Shown one piece after another: positions 1-8,758 of a stretch of 44,284 nucleotides of DNA. Positions within the stretch are counted from its first letter, which is position 1; every line of letters starts with the position of its first letter. A model generated the notes under the pieces. That model did no database searches. It saw only the letters and a program-made list of their open reading frames with translations, and was not told the origin of the DNA. Origin of the DNA: Schleiferiaceae bacterium (GTDB taxonomy: Bacteria; Bacteroidota; Bacteroidia; Flavobacteriales; Schleiferiaceae); the NCBI GenBank assembly GCA_022424815.1, contig JAKMGS010000001.1:1-44284 (forward strand), written 5' to 3'. A program made the position numbers and the translations under genes.

Positions 1-289
<289 letters not shown>

Positions 290-414
290 ATGTTGTTGTT
301 TGTTTCCTAGCTATTAACTCAAGGATAATTGACAAGGTTTTTTGCATTCCTTGTTTCTTAAACCAATATGTAAAGAACGTTTCTTCAAAGTTTCCAATCC
401 TTCGATTGGGGCGG

Positions 415-444
415 CAAATGTACGTAGGTTTTTTTAACCCACAA
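415..444 (-). promoter_or_regulatory. rRNA promoter P1 (Bacteroidota type: TTG-N19-TACATTTG)
   Basis: On the minus strand, TTG (444-442) is followed by a 19 nt spacer and TACATTTG (422-415), matching the Bacteroidetes -33/-7 consensus TTTG...TAnnTTTG. An A-tract lies upstream (about 465-480). It sits about 125 nt upstream of the 16S 5' end. Confidence 0.6.
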
Positions 445-544
445 GATTTACCTGGAAATATTTTAGGACTTTTTTTCGTCTTCTGGATATGCCGTTGCAG
501 ATCCTATTTCCAACTCTTCGAACCCTTTGTTTCGTTAGGGAGGG

Positions 545-574
545 CAAATGTACGATGGCTTTCGCTCTTGTCAA
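545..574 (-). promoter_or_regulatory. rRNA promoter P2 (TTG-N19-TACATTTG)
   Basis: On the minus strand, gTTGACA (575-570) is followed by a 19 nt spacer and TACATTTG (552-545). The flanks repeat those of P1 (GGGNGGCAAATGTACG and TTAGGACTTTTTT), so this looks like a duplicated promoter module. Confidence 0.6.
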
Positions 575-759
575 CATTTTTAAGGACTTTTTTCCAACTT
601 TTTTCGACTGTCTTGAAAAACAGCTAGTTGCAATTTTAGTCCCGCCCAAAGGCCCATAATCAGTGTGGTTCTAGATAATATCAAAACCTGGCCTTCAGCC
701 CGGTAGATTGTTCTAAATAACTGATTCAAAAAAAGAGCGTGCTTCTCTCAAAGCGGCTG

Positions 760-789
760 CAAATGTATGCGCGTTTTTCACATCTGCAA
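760..789 (-). promoter_or_regulatory. rRNA promoter P3 (TTG-N19-TACATTTG)
   Basis: On the minus strand, TTG (789-787) is followed by a 19 nt spacer and TACATTTG (767-760), with an upstream A-tract (803-809 on the plus strand as T-run). Confidence 0.5.
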
Positions 790-836
790 TACCTACGATT
801 AACTTTTTTTAGAGTTGTTTTCGTCAGCCCTGGTTA

Positions 837-1511
837 TCAAGGAGTTGACAATGAAACCGGAATGATTTTTCCTCGCAATACCTGGCCTGCAGTGCTTGCA
901 AAGGTGTAGATAAAAGGACTCAGCTCTTCTGGTTGCAGCGGAGCTACATAACCAGGGAATGCTTCAGAAAGCATCTCGGTTTGGACAGCACCCAGAGCTA
1001 AAGTGTTGAAGGACCACTGGGAGGATTCTGCAAATTCCGCTTGAAAGCATTCCATAAGGACATTGATTGCACCTTTGGAAGAGGAATAATTGGTCAAACC
1101 GGGAAACTTCACACTGCCTTGTACACCCCCAACGGAGCTTATGGCAATCACATGAGCACGATCTGTAAGTTGAGAGAGGAGTCTTTGAGTCAACAAATAG
1201 GGGCCAAAAACATTTATGCCGTAGCAAAACTGTAAATCTTCTGCGGTCATATGGGCCATTGGTTTATTTACAAGAGCCCCTGCATTGTGAATGAGGACAT
1301 CAACTGGATCAGAAGGCAGGTTGGTTTGCATAGGATGTTGAAGATCGTAGGCGACCAATTCTAAATTGGACCCATATTCCTCCTTCAATTCAGAAAGAGG
1401 ATCAAGATTTCTTGTCAAAACAATGACCTTCCAATCCTTTTGTAAGAACTCCTTTACCGTGGCCAAACCGATGCCACGAGAGCCTCCAGTAATCCAAGCA
1501 ACCTGCTTCAT
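837..1511 (-). CDS. short-chain dehydrogenase/reductase (classical SDR)
   Basis: Contains TGGSRGIG (the TGxxxGxG motif), NAG and a S...YSSSK catalytic triad. I prefer the internal start MKQVAWITGG (ATG at 1511) to the ORF-track start at 1571, because 1542-1568 is the upstream terminator hairpin. Confidence 0.85.
   Translation of the reverse strand: MKQVAWITGGSRGIGLATVKEFLQKDWKVIVLTRNLDPLSELKEEYGSNLELVAYDLQHPMQTNLPSDPVDVLIHNAGALVNKPMAHMTAEDLQFCYGINVFGPYLLTQRLLSQLTDRAHVIAISSVGGVQGSVKFPGLTNYSSSKGAINVLMECFQAEFAESSQWSFNTLALGAVQTEMLSEAFPGYVAPLQPEELSPFIYTFASTAGQVLRGKIIPVSLSTP
1364..1373 (-). repeat. GGGTCCAATT motif copy (in SDR CDS, read as G-S-N)
   Basis: Exact 10-mer read directly. It is paired with GCGACCAATT at 1351-1360 as an inverted repeat. 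Confidence 0.9.
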
Positions 1512-1535
1512 GTTTTTGCGTATTATATATATGTA

Positions 1536-1568
1536 TACAAAAATGGCCCGAAACAAGTTCGGGCCATT
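1536..1568 (-). terminator. rho-independent terminator after the E2 gene
   Basis: An 11 bp perfect stem, AATGGCCCGAA (1542-1552) / TTCGGGCCATT (1558-1568), has a 5 nt loop and is followed on the minus strand by TTTTTG. Confidence 0.65.
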
Positions 1569-1595
1569 CAAATTTGGGGGAAAATTTTCGCCGGA

Positions 1596-2888
1596 TTATA
1601 CCAACATGGTCACCGGGTTTTCCAAATATGCTTTCAGTGATTGCAAGAATGCTGCTCCGCTCGCACCATCCACAACACGGTGGTCTAAACTCAAAGTCAC
1701 TTTCATGACGTTGCCAGGAAGAACTTGGCCATCCTTCACCACTGGAACTTGCTTGATACCGCCGACAGCAAGGATACCTGCATCTGGTGGGTTCACAATA
1801 GCAGTGAATTCTTCTATACCGAACATTCCTAGGTTAGAAATAGTAAAGGTGTTGCCTTCCCAATCTGCCGGTTGTAGCTTCTTGTCCTTTGCTTTTCCAG
1901 CAAGGTCTTTCACGCTCGCAGAGATGTGAGAAAGGGCCATTTGATCTGCATGACGCAATACTGGCACCAACAATCCATCCTCAATGGCCACAGCCACACC
2001 GATGTGTACGTGATCATTTACTCGGATAAAGTCGCCCATCCATGAGCTGTTTACTGCCGGGTGCTTCTTCAAAGCCAAAGCTGTTGCTTTCACTACGAGG
2101 TCGTTGAAGCTGATTTTCACATCGCCCGATGCGTTCATCGCTTTGCGCGCCGCAATAGCGTTGTCCATATCGATGTCCATCGTCACATAGAAATGTGGCG
2201 CTGTGAATTTGCTTTCGCTCAAACGCTTCGCAATAACCTTGCGCATTTGGCTCACAGGGTAATCTGTGTAGTTCTCTACGCCGGCTGGAGCCGCTGGAGC
2301 TGAAGCTGCTGCTGCCGCGCCTGGCTGAGTCGAAGTATGGAATTCAGGATTGAATGAATCTACATCGCGCTTCACTATCCGACCGTGATCGCCCGAACCT
2401 TGAACCATGTTCAGGTCGATGCCGCGATCTGCCGCTAACTTGCGGGCAAGAGGTGATGCTTTCACGCTGCCATCCGTAGCTACTTGTGCCGCGTGAGCAG
2501 GAGCAGGTGCTGCAGCGGGTGTCGCCGCTGGAGCAGGAGCAGGAGTAGCTGCTGGTGCAGGAACGGCTGCCGGGGCTGGAGCTTCTTCTGCTGGAGCCAC
2601 TGCAGGAGCAGCATCGCCAGCCTTCAAAGCTTCTATATCCTCACCTTCATCTCCTAGGATAGCCAATACGGTATCCACCGGAGCAGTTTCGCCTTCGCCA
2701 GTTCCGATATATAGGAGTTTGCCCTCTTGGCCTGGGAATGCTTCAAATTCCATGGTGGCTTTGTCGGTTTCAATTTCCGCCAACAAGTCGCCTTCATTTA
2801 CTGTGTCGCCAATTTTCTTGTGCCATTTCGCCACAACCCCTTCGGTCATGGTATCTGACAATCTTGGCATGTTAATTACTATCGCCAT
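1596..2888 (-). CDS. pdhC: dihydrolipoamide acetyltransferase (E2) of the pyruvate dehydrogenase complex
   Basis: Has a lipoyl domain (EIETDKATMEFE), Ala/Pro-rich linkers, a subunit-binding domain (ASPLARKLAADRGIDL) and the catalytic motif DHRVVDG. Confidence 0.9.
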   Translation of the reverse strand: MAIVINMPRLSDTMTEGVVAKWHKKIGDTVNEGDLLAEIETDKATMEFEAFPGQEGKLLYIGTGEGETAPVDTVLAILGDEGEDIEALKAGDAAPAVAPAEEAPAPAAVPAPAATPAPAPAATPAAAPAPAHAAQVATDGSVKASPLARKLAADRGIDLNMVQGSGDHGRIVKRDVDSFNPEFHTSTQPGAAAAASAPAAPAGVENYTDYPVSQMRKVIAKRLSESKFTAPHFYVTMDIDMDNAIAARKAMNASGDVKISFNDLVVKATALALKKHPAVNSSWMGDFIRVNDHVHIGVAVAIEDGLLVPVLRHADQMALSHISASVKDLAGKAKDKKLQPADWEGNTFTISNLGMFGIEEFTAIVNPPDAGILAVGGIKQVPVVKDGQVLPGNVMKVTLSLDHRVVDGASGAAFLQSLKAYLENPVTMLV

Positions 2889-2899
2889 GTTCTCTTGTA

Positions 2900-3895
2900 T
2901 TATTCAGTGATGAATGGGTAATCTTCCTGAGCGTATACGCCTTGGTACAATTCTGATGGATCTGGGAAATCGCTTTCTTCTCCGAATTTCACACATTCCG
3001 CCACAAGGTCCTTGACGCGTTGATCGATGGTTGCAATCTCCTCATCAGTTGCCCATTTTTCTTCTTTGATTTTATTCAAACAAAGCGTGATAGGATCTTT
3101 TGCTTGGTATTCCGCTACCTCTTCTTTAGTGCGGTACTTCTGTGGATCAGACATTGAGTGTCCTTTGTAACGGTAGGTGCGGATTTCCAATAAGGTTGGT
3201 CCATCGCCCTTGCGCGCACGCTCAGTAGCCTCGTAAATGGCATCATATACCGCAATTGGATCCATACCGTCCACTACACGACAAGGCATATCATAACCCA
3301 AACCTAATTTGTAGATTTCCGTGTGGTTAGCTGTACGCTCTACCGATGTACCCATAGCATAACCGTTGTTCTCTACACAGAATACTACTGGTAGCTTCCA
3401 AAGCATGGCTAAGTTTGCCGTTTCGTGCCAAGAACCCTGACGGATCGCACCATCACCCATGTAAGTAAGGGTTACGTTTTCCTTGCCGTTGTATTGGTCA
3501 GCAAAAGCTAAACCGGCACCTAGAGGAATCTGACCCCCAACAATACCGTGACCACCCCAGAATCCTTTATCTGGAGAGAACATGTGCATAGAGCCACCTT
3601 TACCACGAGAGGTACCGGTAACCTTACCCATAAGTTCGGCCATAATACGGCGTGGATCTTCGCCCAATGCGATAGGCTGTACGTGGTTACGGTATGCCGT
3701 AATCATGTTATCACCTTCCTGCATAGCGTAGGCAGACCCTGCCAATACTGCTTCTTGACCATTATACAAATGCAAGAATCCACGGATCTTTTGCTGGATG
3801 TACAATGCTGCGGACATGTCTTCGAACTTTCTCCAGAAGAGCATGTCTTCGTACCACTTCAAATAGGTAGCTTTTGTTACGCGCTTTTTTGCCAT
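2900..3895 (-). CDS. pdhA: pyruvate dehydrogenase E1 component, alpha subunit
   Basis: TPP-dependent E1-alpha motifs are present (GDGA...EN, YRYKGHSMSDP). Start taken at MAKKRV (ATG 3895), because a TAAATTTG -7 box at 3920-3927 lies inside the longer ORF. Confidence 0.9.
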   Translation of the reverse strand: MAKKRVTKATYLKWYEDMLFWRKFEDMSAALYIQQKIRGFLHLYNGQEAVLAGSAYAMQEGDNMITAYRNHVQPIALGEDPRRIMAELMGKVTGTSRGKGGSMHMFSPDKGFWGGHGIVGGQIPLGAGLAFADQYNGKENVTLTYMGDGAIRQGSWHETANLAMLWKLPVVFCVENNGYAMGTSVERTANHTEIYKLGLGYDMPCRVVDGMDPIAVYDAIYEATERARKGDGPTLLEIRTYRYKGHSMSDPQKYRTKEEVAEYQAKDPITLCLNKIKEEKWATDEEIATIDQRVKDLVAECVKFGEESDFPDPSELYQGVYAQEDYPFITE

Positions 3896-3919
3896 TTGTC
3901 GTCGATGTGTTTTGAGCGA

Positions 3920-3949
3920 CAAATTTAACGCAAAACCCCACCTAGCAAA
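3920..3949 (-). promoter_or_regulatory. candidate pdhA promoter (TTTG-N18-TAAATTTG)
   Basis: On the minus strand, TTTG (3949-3946) and TAAATTTG (3927-3920) lie about 25 nt upstream of ATG 3895. Confidence 0.5.
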
Positions 3950-3970
3950 ACAAGATGTGCTTTAAGTTGA

Positions 3971-3989
3971 CCACTTTATAACAAAGTGG
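3971..3989 (-). terminator. weak hairpin downstream of porV
   Basis: A 7 bp stem, CCACTTT/AAAGTGG, with a 5 nt loop. There is no clear U-tract on the minus strand, so termination function is uncertain. Confidence 0.3.
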
Positions 3990-4019
3990 GTGAATTTTGA
4001 AAGAATCGGAAAATTCCCC

Positions 4020-5183
4020 TTACTGCGCTAAGAATCCGTCAATATTGAAGGCCATGGAGAAACGAAGGGTGTTTTCCAGTGGCGAACGCGTGGTTGGACT
4101 GGCCGGAATGAGGTAGGCCATGTCGATCGTGAAGACGTTGTATTGAAGGCCGAATCCCATCGTCACGTATTGGCGGTTCCCCTTGAGTTTGTGCTCGTGG
4201 AGGTAGCCGGTACGAGCAAACAGGAAGTTGTCGTACTTGTATTCCAAACCGAAGTTATAGATGTTCTCCTGAAGCAACTCATCGAATCCACCTGGTTTCG
4301 CTGCTGGGTTGAAGCTCTGGAACACGCCCATCAATGGCGTAACATTATCATCCATACCGGCAACGATTTCACCATTAGTCCCTAATTCTGGGGGTGTAGG
4401 AACGACGAGACGGTTTAAATCTAAATAGACGGACATTTGGTTGTATTGGTCAATTTCCAAGTGGTATCCCCCACCGATGCGCAAATTCGTCGGCAAGAAG
4501 TCACTGTTTCCACTTTCGGAATAGGCGATTTTGGCACCCAAGTTTGTCAAGGCAATACCCGCAGACCAAGCCTGACGACGGCCACCTTTGATATTGTTAT
4601 AATCACTTTGATAATAAAATCCGAGGTCGGCCGCACCACTTTGGCCCGGTTTGGTTTGAAGACCCTGTACTACTTGGCCCTGTGCGATATCCGAATAGAT
4701 CCAACGCAATGCCGTTCCCGCGCTCCAATGATCGCTGAGCTTCAGGGCATAGGCTACATCGAGGTAGAATTCATAGGGATTGAAGGTACCCATTGAGTTT
4801 CCTTGCTCGTTAGTGAAGTTGATTTCCCCCAATGAGAAGTATCGCAACGAAGCGCTGATGCCTTGACGGTCGCTCAACGCTTTGGTGTAGTTTACGTAAG
4901 CTAGGTCGATATCTGGGACCAATTTCGACATCCACGGTGTGTACGACATCGCCATCGAAGCTTTCTTATTCTCCAAAAATGCCAATTTCGCCGGGTTCCA
5001 GGCACTTGAGTTGCCGTCCGGTGTACTCGCTACACCCACATCTCCCATGGCACCAGCTCGTGAATCTGGACTCACCAAGAGAATAGGTACTGCAGTGGTT
5101 ACCACATTGTATTTAAGGTTGCTTTGCGCTTTCGATTGGAAGGCAAATACTAATGCTAAGGAGAGGAATGCGAGTTTCTTCAT
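4020..5183 (-). CDS. porV: type IX secretion system outer-membrane protein PorV (LptO)
   Basis: Has a signal peptide and the characteristic N-terminus TTAVPILLVSPDSRAGAMGDVGVA. It has a beta-barrel-like alternating pattern and lies directly downstream of porU, as in Flavobacterium. Confidence 0.85.
   Translation of the reverse strand: MKKLAFLSLALVFAFQSKAQSNLKYNVVTTAVPILLVSPDSRAGAMGDVGVASTPDGNSSAWNPAKLAFLENKKASMAMSYTPWMSKLVPDIDLAYVNYTKALSDRQGISASLRYFSLGEINFTNEQGNSMGTFNPYEFYLDVAYALKLSDHWSAGTALRWIYSDIAQGQVVQGLQTKPGQSGAADLGFYYQSDYNNIKGGRRQAWSAGIALTNLGAKIAYSESGNSDFLPTNLRIGGGYHLEIDQYNQMSVYLDLNRLVVPTPPELGTNGEIVAGMDDNVTPLMGVFQSFNPAAKPGGFDELLQENIYNFGLEYKYDNFLFARTGYLHEHKLKGNRQYVTMGFGLQYNVFTIDMAYLIPASPTTRSPLENTLRFSMAFNIDGFLAQ
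4915..4924 (+). repeat. GGGACCAATT motif copy (in porV, antisense; sense reads L-V-P)
   Basis: Exact 10-mer read directly. Confidence 0.9.
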
Positions 5184-5213
5184 AGTTGGGTTAACGCTTG
5201 TCGCAGCGCAAGT

Positions 5214-8200
5214 TTAACGTATATATATGAGCTTTTCTTGTATTGCGGCAGATTTTCCGTCAACATTTCGGGTGAATTGGACCCTAATATGGTAAAAACC
5301 AGGACCTGGGCGCCCACCTTCAATTTCCGACATTTTAAAGCTAGGCAACGAGGTCTCCGATCCTATAAGGGTTAGGCTTTCCTCCTTGTGCCATAAAATT
5401 CGGCCTTCGTTATTGAATAGGTCCATAATGAGAATTCCGCCTTCCCCACTCTCGTCGTGGCTCAGGTTGAAGTTCACCTCATCGAGGAAGGGATTTGGAT
5501 AGGCAAGTAATTGGTTTAACACCGGCTTCTCGGAATCCACCACCACGAAGGCTATGCTGTCGTAGCCCCATTGATTGAGTACGTCCCAAGCGCGCAACTC
5601 CAAGGTGTGCTCGCCGTACTCGAGGTCGTAATAAGGATAGGTGATCTTGCCGCGCGTGAAATCGTCAATGGCGCTCTGATAATAGTCGTTAACGTTAACC
5701 GGTTGCCCGTCCAAGATGAGGCTTAGGTTGTGCCCAATTCCCAATCCAACCGCATTAATACCACTCTCATCGTACAAGAATCCTAGGGCTGTAGGATCGG
5801 GATCGCTGAAGCCGCCGGACACGAAATTCGTATCATTAATGTATAGGTGCACTTCCGGTCCTTCAGTATCGGTAATCACCCCGTCGTACACACCGCCGAT
5901 CAAATGTTGACGAGAGGCGCCCCAGAAATCTCTTTCGAAATTCGTCGCATAGGCGGCAATCTTCGGGGGACCGACACTCAGGTTGATGTCCAAGGGCACG
6001 CGGAATTCAAAGGTGAATGTTCCATTGACCACCGTCGCTTGCCCCTTGAACACCGCGTTGTTTTGGGTGGTGAAGTTGAAGGCGCCGCCTCGGTTGTCGT
6101 TCGTTTTGGTTTGCACGTTTTGGACCTTGTCGTAGAACTGGAGCCATACGCGACCGTTGATGTTAGTGAGGGTTTGGCCGTTATCGTCGCGAATGCTTCC
6201 TTTGATTTGGACCCAATTCAATGCTTTAATTGTATCGCTAAATTGATCCCACGCGACCCCATTAATAGAGTCGAAAACCAATCCGTCTTCCGGCCTTGCC
6301 AGCGGCAGCGCAGCATCTCCCATGAGCGAGAATTTAATTTTATCACCGCTGATGTTGTTGTTCTTTGTTGTGCGAATCACATCTCCCAAGCGGGGTTGGT
6401 CGAGGAATAGCATATTTCTGTTGAGCAACTCGTTGAGTTGGTAGGTGCTGTTCGTGGCGAAAACGCTTCTTGTGGTCGAAAACAGTGCGATGGCACCGCC
6501 GTTTGGGTTGAGGTGAAGTTGTTCTGCAGCGCTCACTCGGTTTGGATCGTCGAATCTGGCAAATTCACAGGTGATGGTGGTAAATACCGGCAGGGTGGTT
6601 TGATTCTCCCACGTGTTGATGTCCTCGAGTTGCAATATGCGCTCTGTGGCCCAGCCTACCTCTCCCCCATGGCCGACATAGCTCACCAGGAGCGCCCCAT
6701 TTTCTACCTCGCGGAAGAGTTTTTTACGTGCTTCAGGATAGCGCTGCGATCCGGGCATGCTTTCTTGCAAGAAGGCGTCAGCATAAATCTTGATGTTATT
6801 GAGTTCGGTGCGTATGGTGTCCAATTCCTTGGTTAATCGGTCCTGTACTACTTCAAATTCTTTTTCCCAACCGTCGTCTACATCATCCGCCACCCACAAA
6901 GCGTTCATGCGCCATGGACCAAAGCGCTCCGTAGCCGTGAGGTAATGTTCGATTTTGGCCACCGCTTGTTCGGCTTGTTGAACAGTACGAACTGGGATCC
7001 TACCTATACCGATATCGAGATCATCCAAAAACCAATTCACGCTTTCATCGGCGTCCAGGTAACCGTAGTAATCATCGGTAATGTAGGAGCTATAGAGGGA
7101 AAAACTAGCCTTGGAGTGGTAGGTAGGAATGAGGTTGGATTTTGGACCCGATAATTGGCCTTTATAATCGTAGGATGCATCTCCTAAGAGGGTCAGGTAT
7201 TGCAGTTTTTCGGAGTCGTTAAATAATCGAACCAAGAACTTTCGAATAGCACCGATATCAGGGTTTCCGGTGTTCATTACATCATATATATACTCCAATG
7301 CAACTACCTCCGCGTCGATGCCCGTCGCTCGCTCTACATCCGCCAAATCATGAGCGGCACCGAGCAAGGAATCTGGAGCGATGATGATGCTTTGCGCATT
7401 GCCGAGATCAGGGTAGGTGGCTGTTGAACTGTTGTTTAAATCAACCACCTCATCCACTACATATCCGATCGACCCTACCCCAAATTTGTAAGTGCGTATT
7501 TTGTCCTCGTGTGAGTACCATCGAGCTTCGTTGGCACCCGTAATTATGGGCACAACCTTGGAAACGATACGGTTATTTTCTATTCCGAAAATGGTCAGAT
7601 CTGCACTGGCCTCGGTGGTAAAATAGGAGTAGCTATCTGCGCTTCTTGGAGCGTTAACCATGAATTTGTTGGGGCTCTGTTTTTCAGAGGATGTTTCCCA
7701 GTCCACCACCACTTCATCCAACCACATGGCAGCGGCATTATTTCCCGCCTTGTCATAGATAATCCGTAAGGTTGAACCTTGGTCTGCGGTGAACGTAGCC
7801 GTGAGGACTTTTTCTTGGACAAAGTTGCTCACGCTCCCGGTCATCACTGCTGGGAAATTTATTTGGACGGTTTGATTACCATATTCTATCCGCAGCTTGG
7901 TGTTGCTCGTACTTGCGCGGGCTACTGCTCTGATCTGGACATTGATATCCGTTCCGAGAATAGGACTGTTTTCGGAGTTGCTTTTCCCGACCGTTCTTTG
8001 GCGGAAATCATAATCTCGTTGCGTTGTGAAATCGAATAATTCTCCCATCCATCGACGACCTGTACCGACCAAATTATACATGGCGGTATCGTAGACCCAA
8101 GTGGCACGTGCGTTCAAGAATCGGGCATTAGAATCTGCCTGTTCTTGTTCCAAAGGAATGGGCTGGTATGAGGTATTTCCTCCGCTCACCAAGAAGTACT

Positions 8201-8633
8201 TCGCATCGGAATAGGCATTATCCGAATAATTCGATGCTTCGGTTGAAGGACTGTAGGTTAGATCATAGCTCGGTGGTATGTAAAACCAGTAGATGGTGCT
8301 TGCCGAAAGGGTGGTTTCATTTACATCGTAAGGGATAGAGAAATCACCGGCCATGGGCTCGTTGGAGCTGTTCATTGGGAGTAGTGCGCCCTCTAATCGG
8401 CAACGAATCTCCAATTCCTCTGTAGGATCCCCGGCTGTTAGAATGCCTAAATCTATAATCTCGCTACCGGTTAATTTATACAGCCCGCTGTGTTGGTCTT
8501 CTGCTCCGTTGAGGGCAGAAATCCGGTGGTTTAGCGTTTTGAATCGGACATAGGTACCCTCATCAAAGGACATCTGCGCCACCACGAGTACCGGACTTAA
8601 ACACACGTATAATAAGAGTACAATTCTTTTCAC
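5214..8633 (-). CDS. porU: type IX secretion C-terminal signal peptidase PorU (gingipain/C25-like)
   Basis: Contains C25-like motifs: LLGDASYDYKG, the His block SYVGHGGEVGW and the Cys block FTTITCEFARFD. Start taken at the in-frame GTG 8633, which gives the signal peptide KRIVLLLYVCLSPVLVVAQ. The ORF-track start at 8768 would overlap the divergent neighbour. Confidence 0.8.
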   Translation of the reverse strand: MKRIVLLLYVCLSPVLVVAQMSFDEGTYVRFKTLNHRISALNGAEDQHSGLYKLTGSEIIDLGILTAGDPTEELEIRCRLEGALLPMNSSNEPMAGDFSIPYDVNETTLSASTIYWFYIPPSYDLTYSPSTEASNYSDNAYSDAKYFLVSGGNTSYQPIPLEQEQADSNARFLNARATWVYDTAMYNLVGTGRRWMGELFDFTTQRDYDFRQRTVGKSNSENSPILGTDINVQIRAVARASTSNTKLRIEYGNQTVQINFPAVMTGSVSNFVQEKVLTATFTADQGSTLRIIYDKAGNNAAAMWLDEVVVDWETSSEKQSPNKFMVNAPRSADSYSYFTTEASADLTIFGIENNRIVSKVVPIITGANEARWYSHEDKIRTYKFGVGSIGYVVDEVVDLNNSSTATYPDLGNAQSIIIAPDSLLGAAHDLADVERATGIDAEVVALEYIYDVMNTGNPDIGAIRKFLVRLFNDSEKLQYLTLLGDASYDYKGQLSGPKSNLIPTYHSKASFSLYSSYITDDYYGYLDADESVNWFLDDLDIGIGRIPVRTVQQAEQAVAKIEHYLTATERFGPWRMNALWVADDVDDGWEKEFEVVQDRLTKELDTIRTELNNIKIYADAFLQESMPGSQRYPEARKKLFREVENGALLVSYVGHGGEVGWATERILQLEDINTWENQTTLPVFTTITCEFARFDDPNRVSAAEQLHLNPNGGAIALFSTTRSVFATNSTYQLNELLNRNMLFLDQPRLGDVIRTTKNNNISGDKIKFSLMGDAALPLARPEDGLVFDSINGVAWDQFSDTIKALNWVQIKGSIRDDNGQTLTNINGRVWLQFYDKVQNVQTKTNDNRGGAFNFTTQNNAVFKGQATVVNGTFTFEFRVPLDINLSVGPPKIAAYATNFERDFWGASRQHLIGGVYDGVITDTEGPEVHLYINDTNFVSGGFSDPDPTALGFLYDESGINAVGLGIGHNLSLILDGQPVNVNDYYQSAIDDFTRGKITYPYYDLEYGEHTLELRAWDVLNQWGYDSIAFVVVDSEKPVLNQLLAYPNPFLDEVNFNLSHDESGEGGILIMDLFNNEGRILWHKEESLTLIGSETSLPSFKMSEIEGGRPGPGFYHIRVQFTRNVDGKSAAIQEKLIYIR
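5275..5284 (-). repeat. GGGTCCAATT motif copy (in porU, read as V-Q-F)
   Basis: Exact 10-mer read directly. Confidence 0.9.
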
Positions 8634-8758
8634 TTCCACAAATCTACTGCGCAATACATAACAAATGCCGGATAAAAAGCGTTTAAACAGGAACGAAAAG
8701 CAAGTGCAAATCGTACTTTTTTTGCTTATACTTGTTGCTTGAAAACATAGGTTTATCA

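Noticed and set aside
1366-1929. A 187-aa plus-strand ORF spanning the SDR/E2 junction, together with many other 60-200 aa antisense ORFs (for example 5847-6410, 24414-25025, 28823-29242, 38099-38629 and 39142-39744)
   Set aside because: These are shadow ORFs on the opposite strand of well-supported, relatively GC-rich genes. They contain no recognisable motifs and cross terminators or gene boundaries.
2460-2640. Repetitive GCTGCAGG/GGAGCAGG-rich DNA resembling a tandem repeat
   Set aside because: It encodes the Ala/Pro-rich flexible linkers of the E2 acetyltransferase (APAPAAVPAPAATPAPAPAA), a normal feature of lipoyl-domain proteins.
2900-3895. Absence of an E1-beta gene next to pdhA/E2, as possible gene loss
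   Set aside because: From recollection, pdhA-E2 without an adjacent pdhB is a common arrangement in Flavobacteriia, so pdhB probably lies elsewhere. There is no remnant or frameshifted ORF here.
5184-5213. Imperfect inverted repeat GTTAACGCTTG...CAAGTTTAAC between porU and porV, as a possible terminator
   Set aside because: The stem is short and mismatched, with no U-tract, and the genes are only 30 nt apart. It is more likely simple co-transcription.
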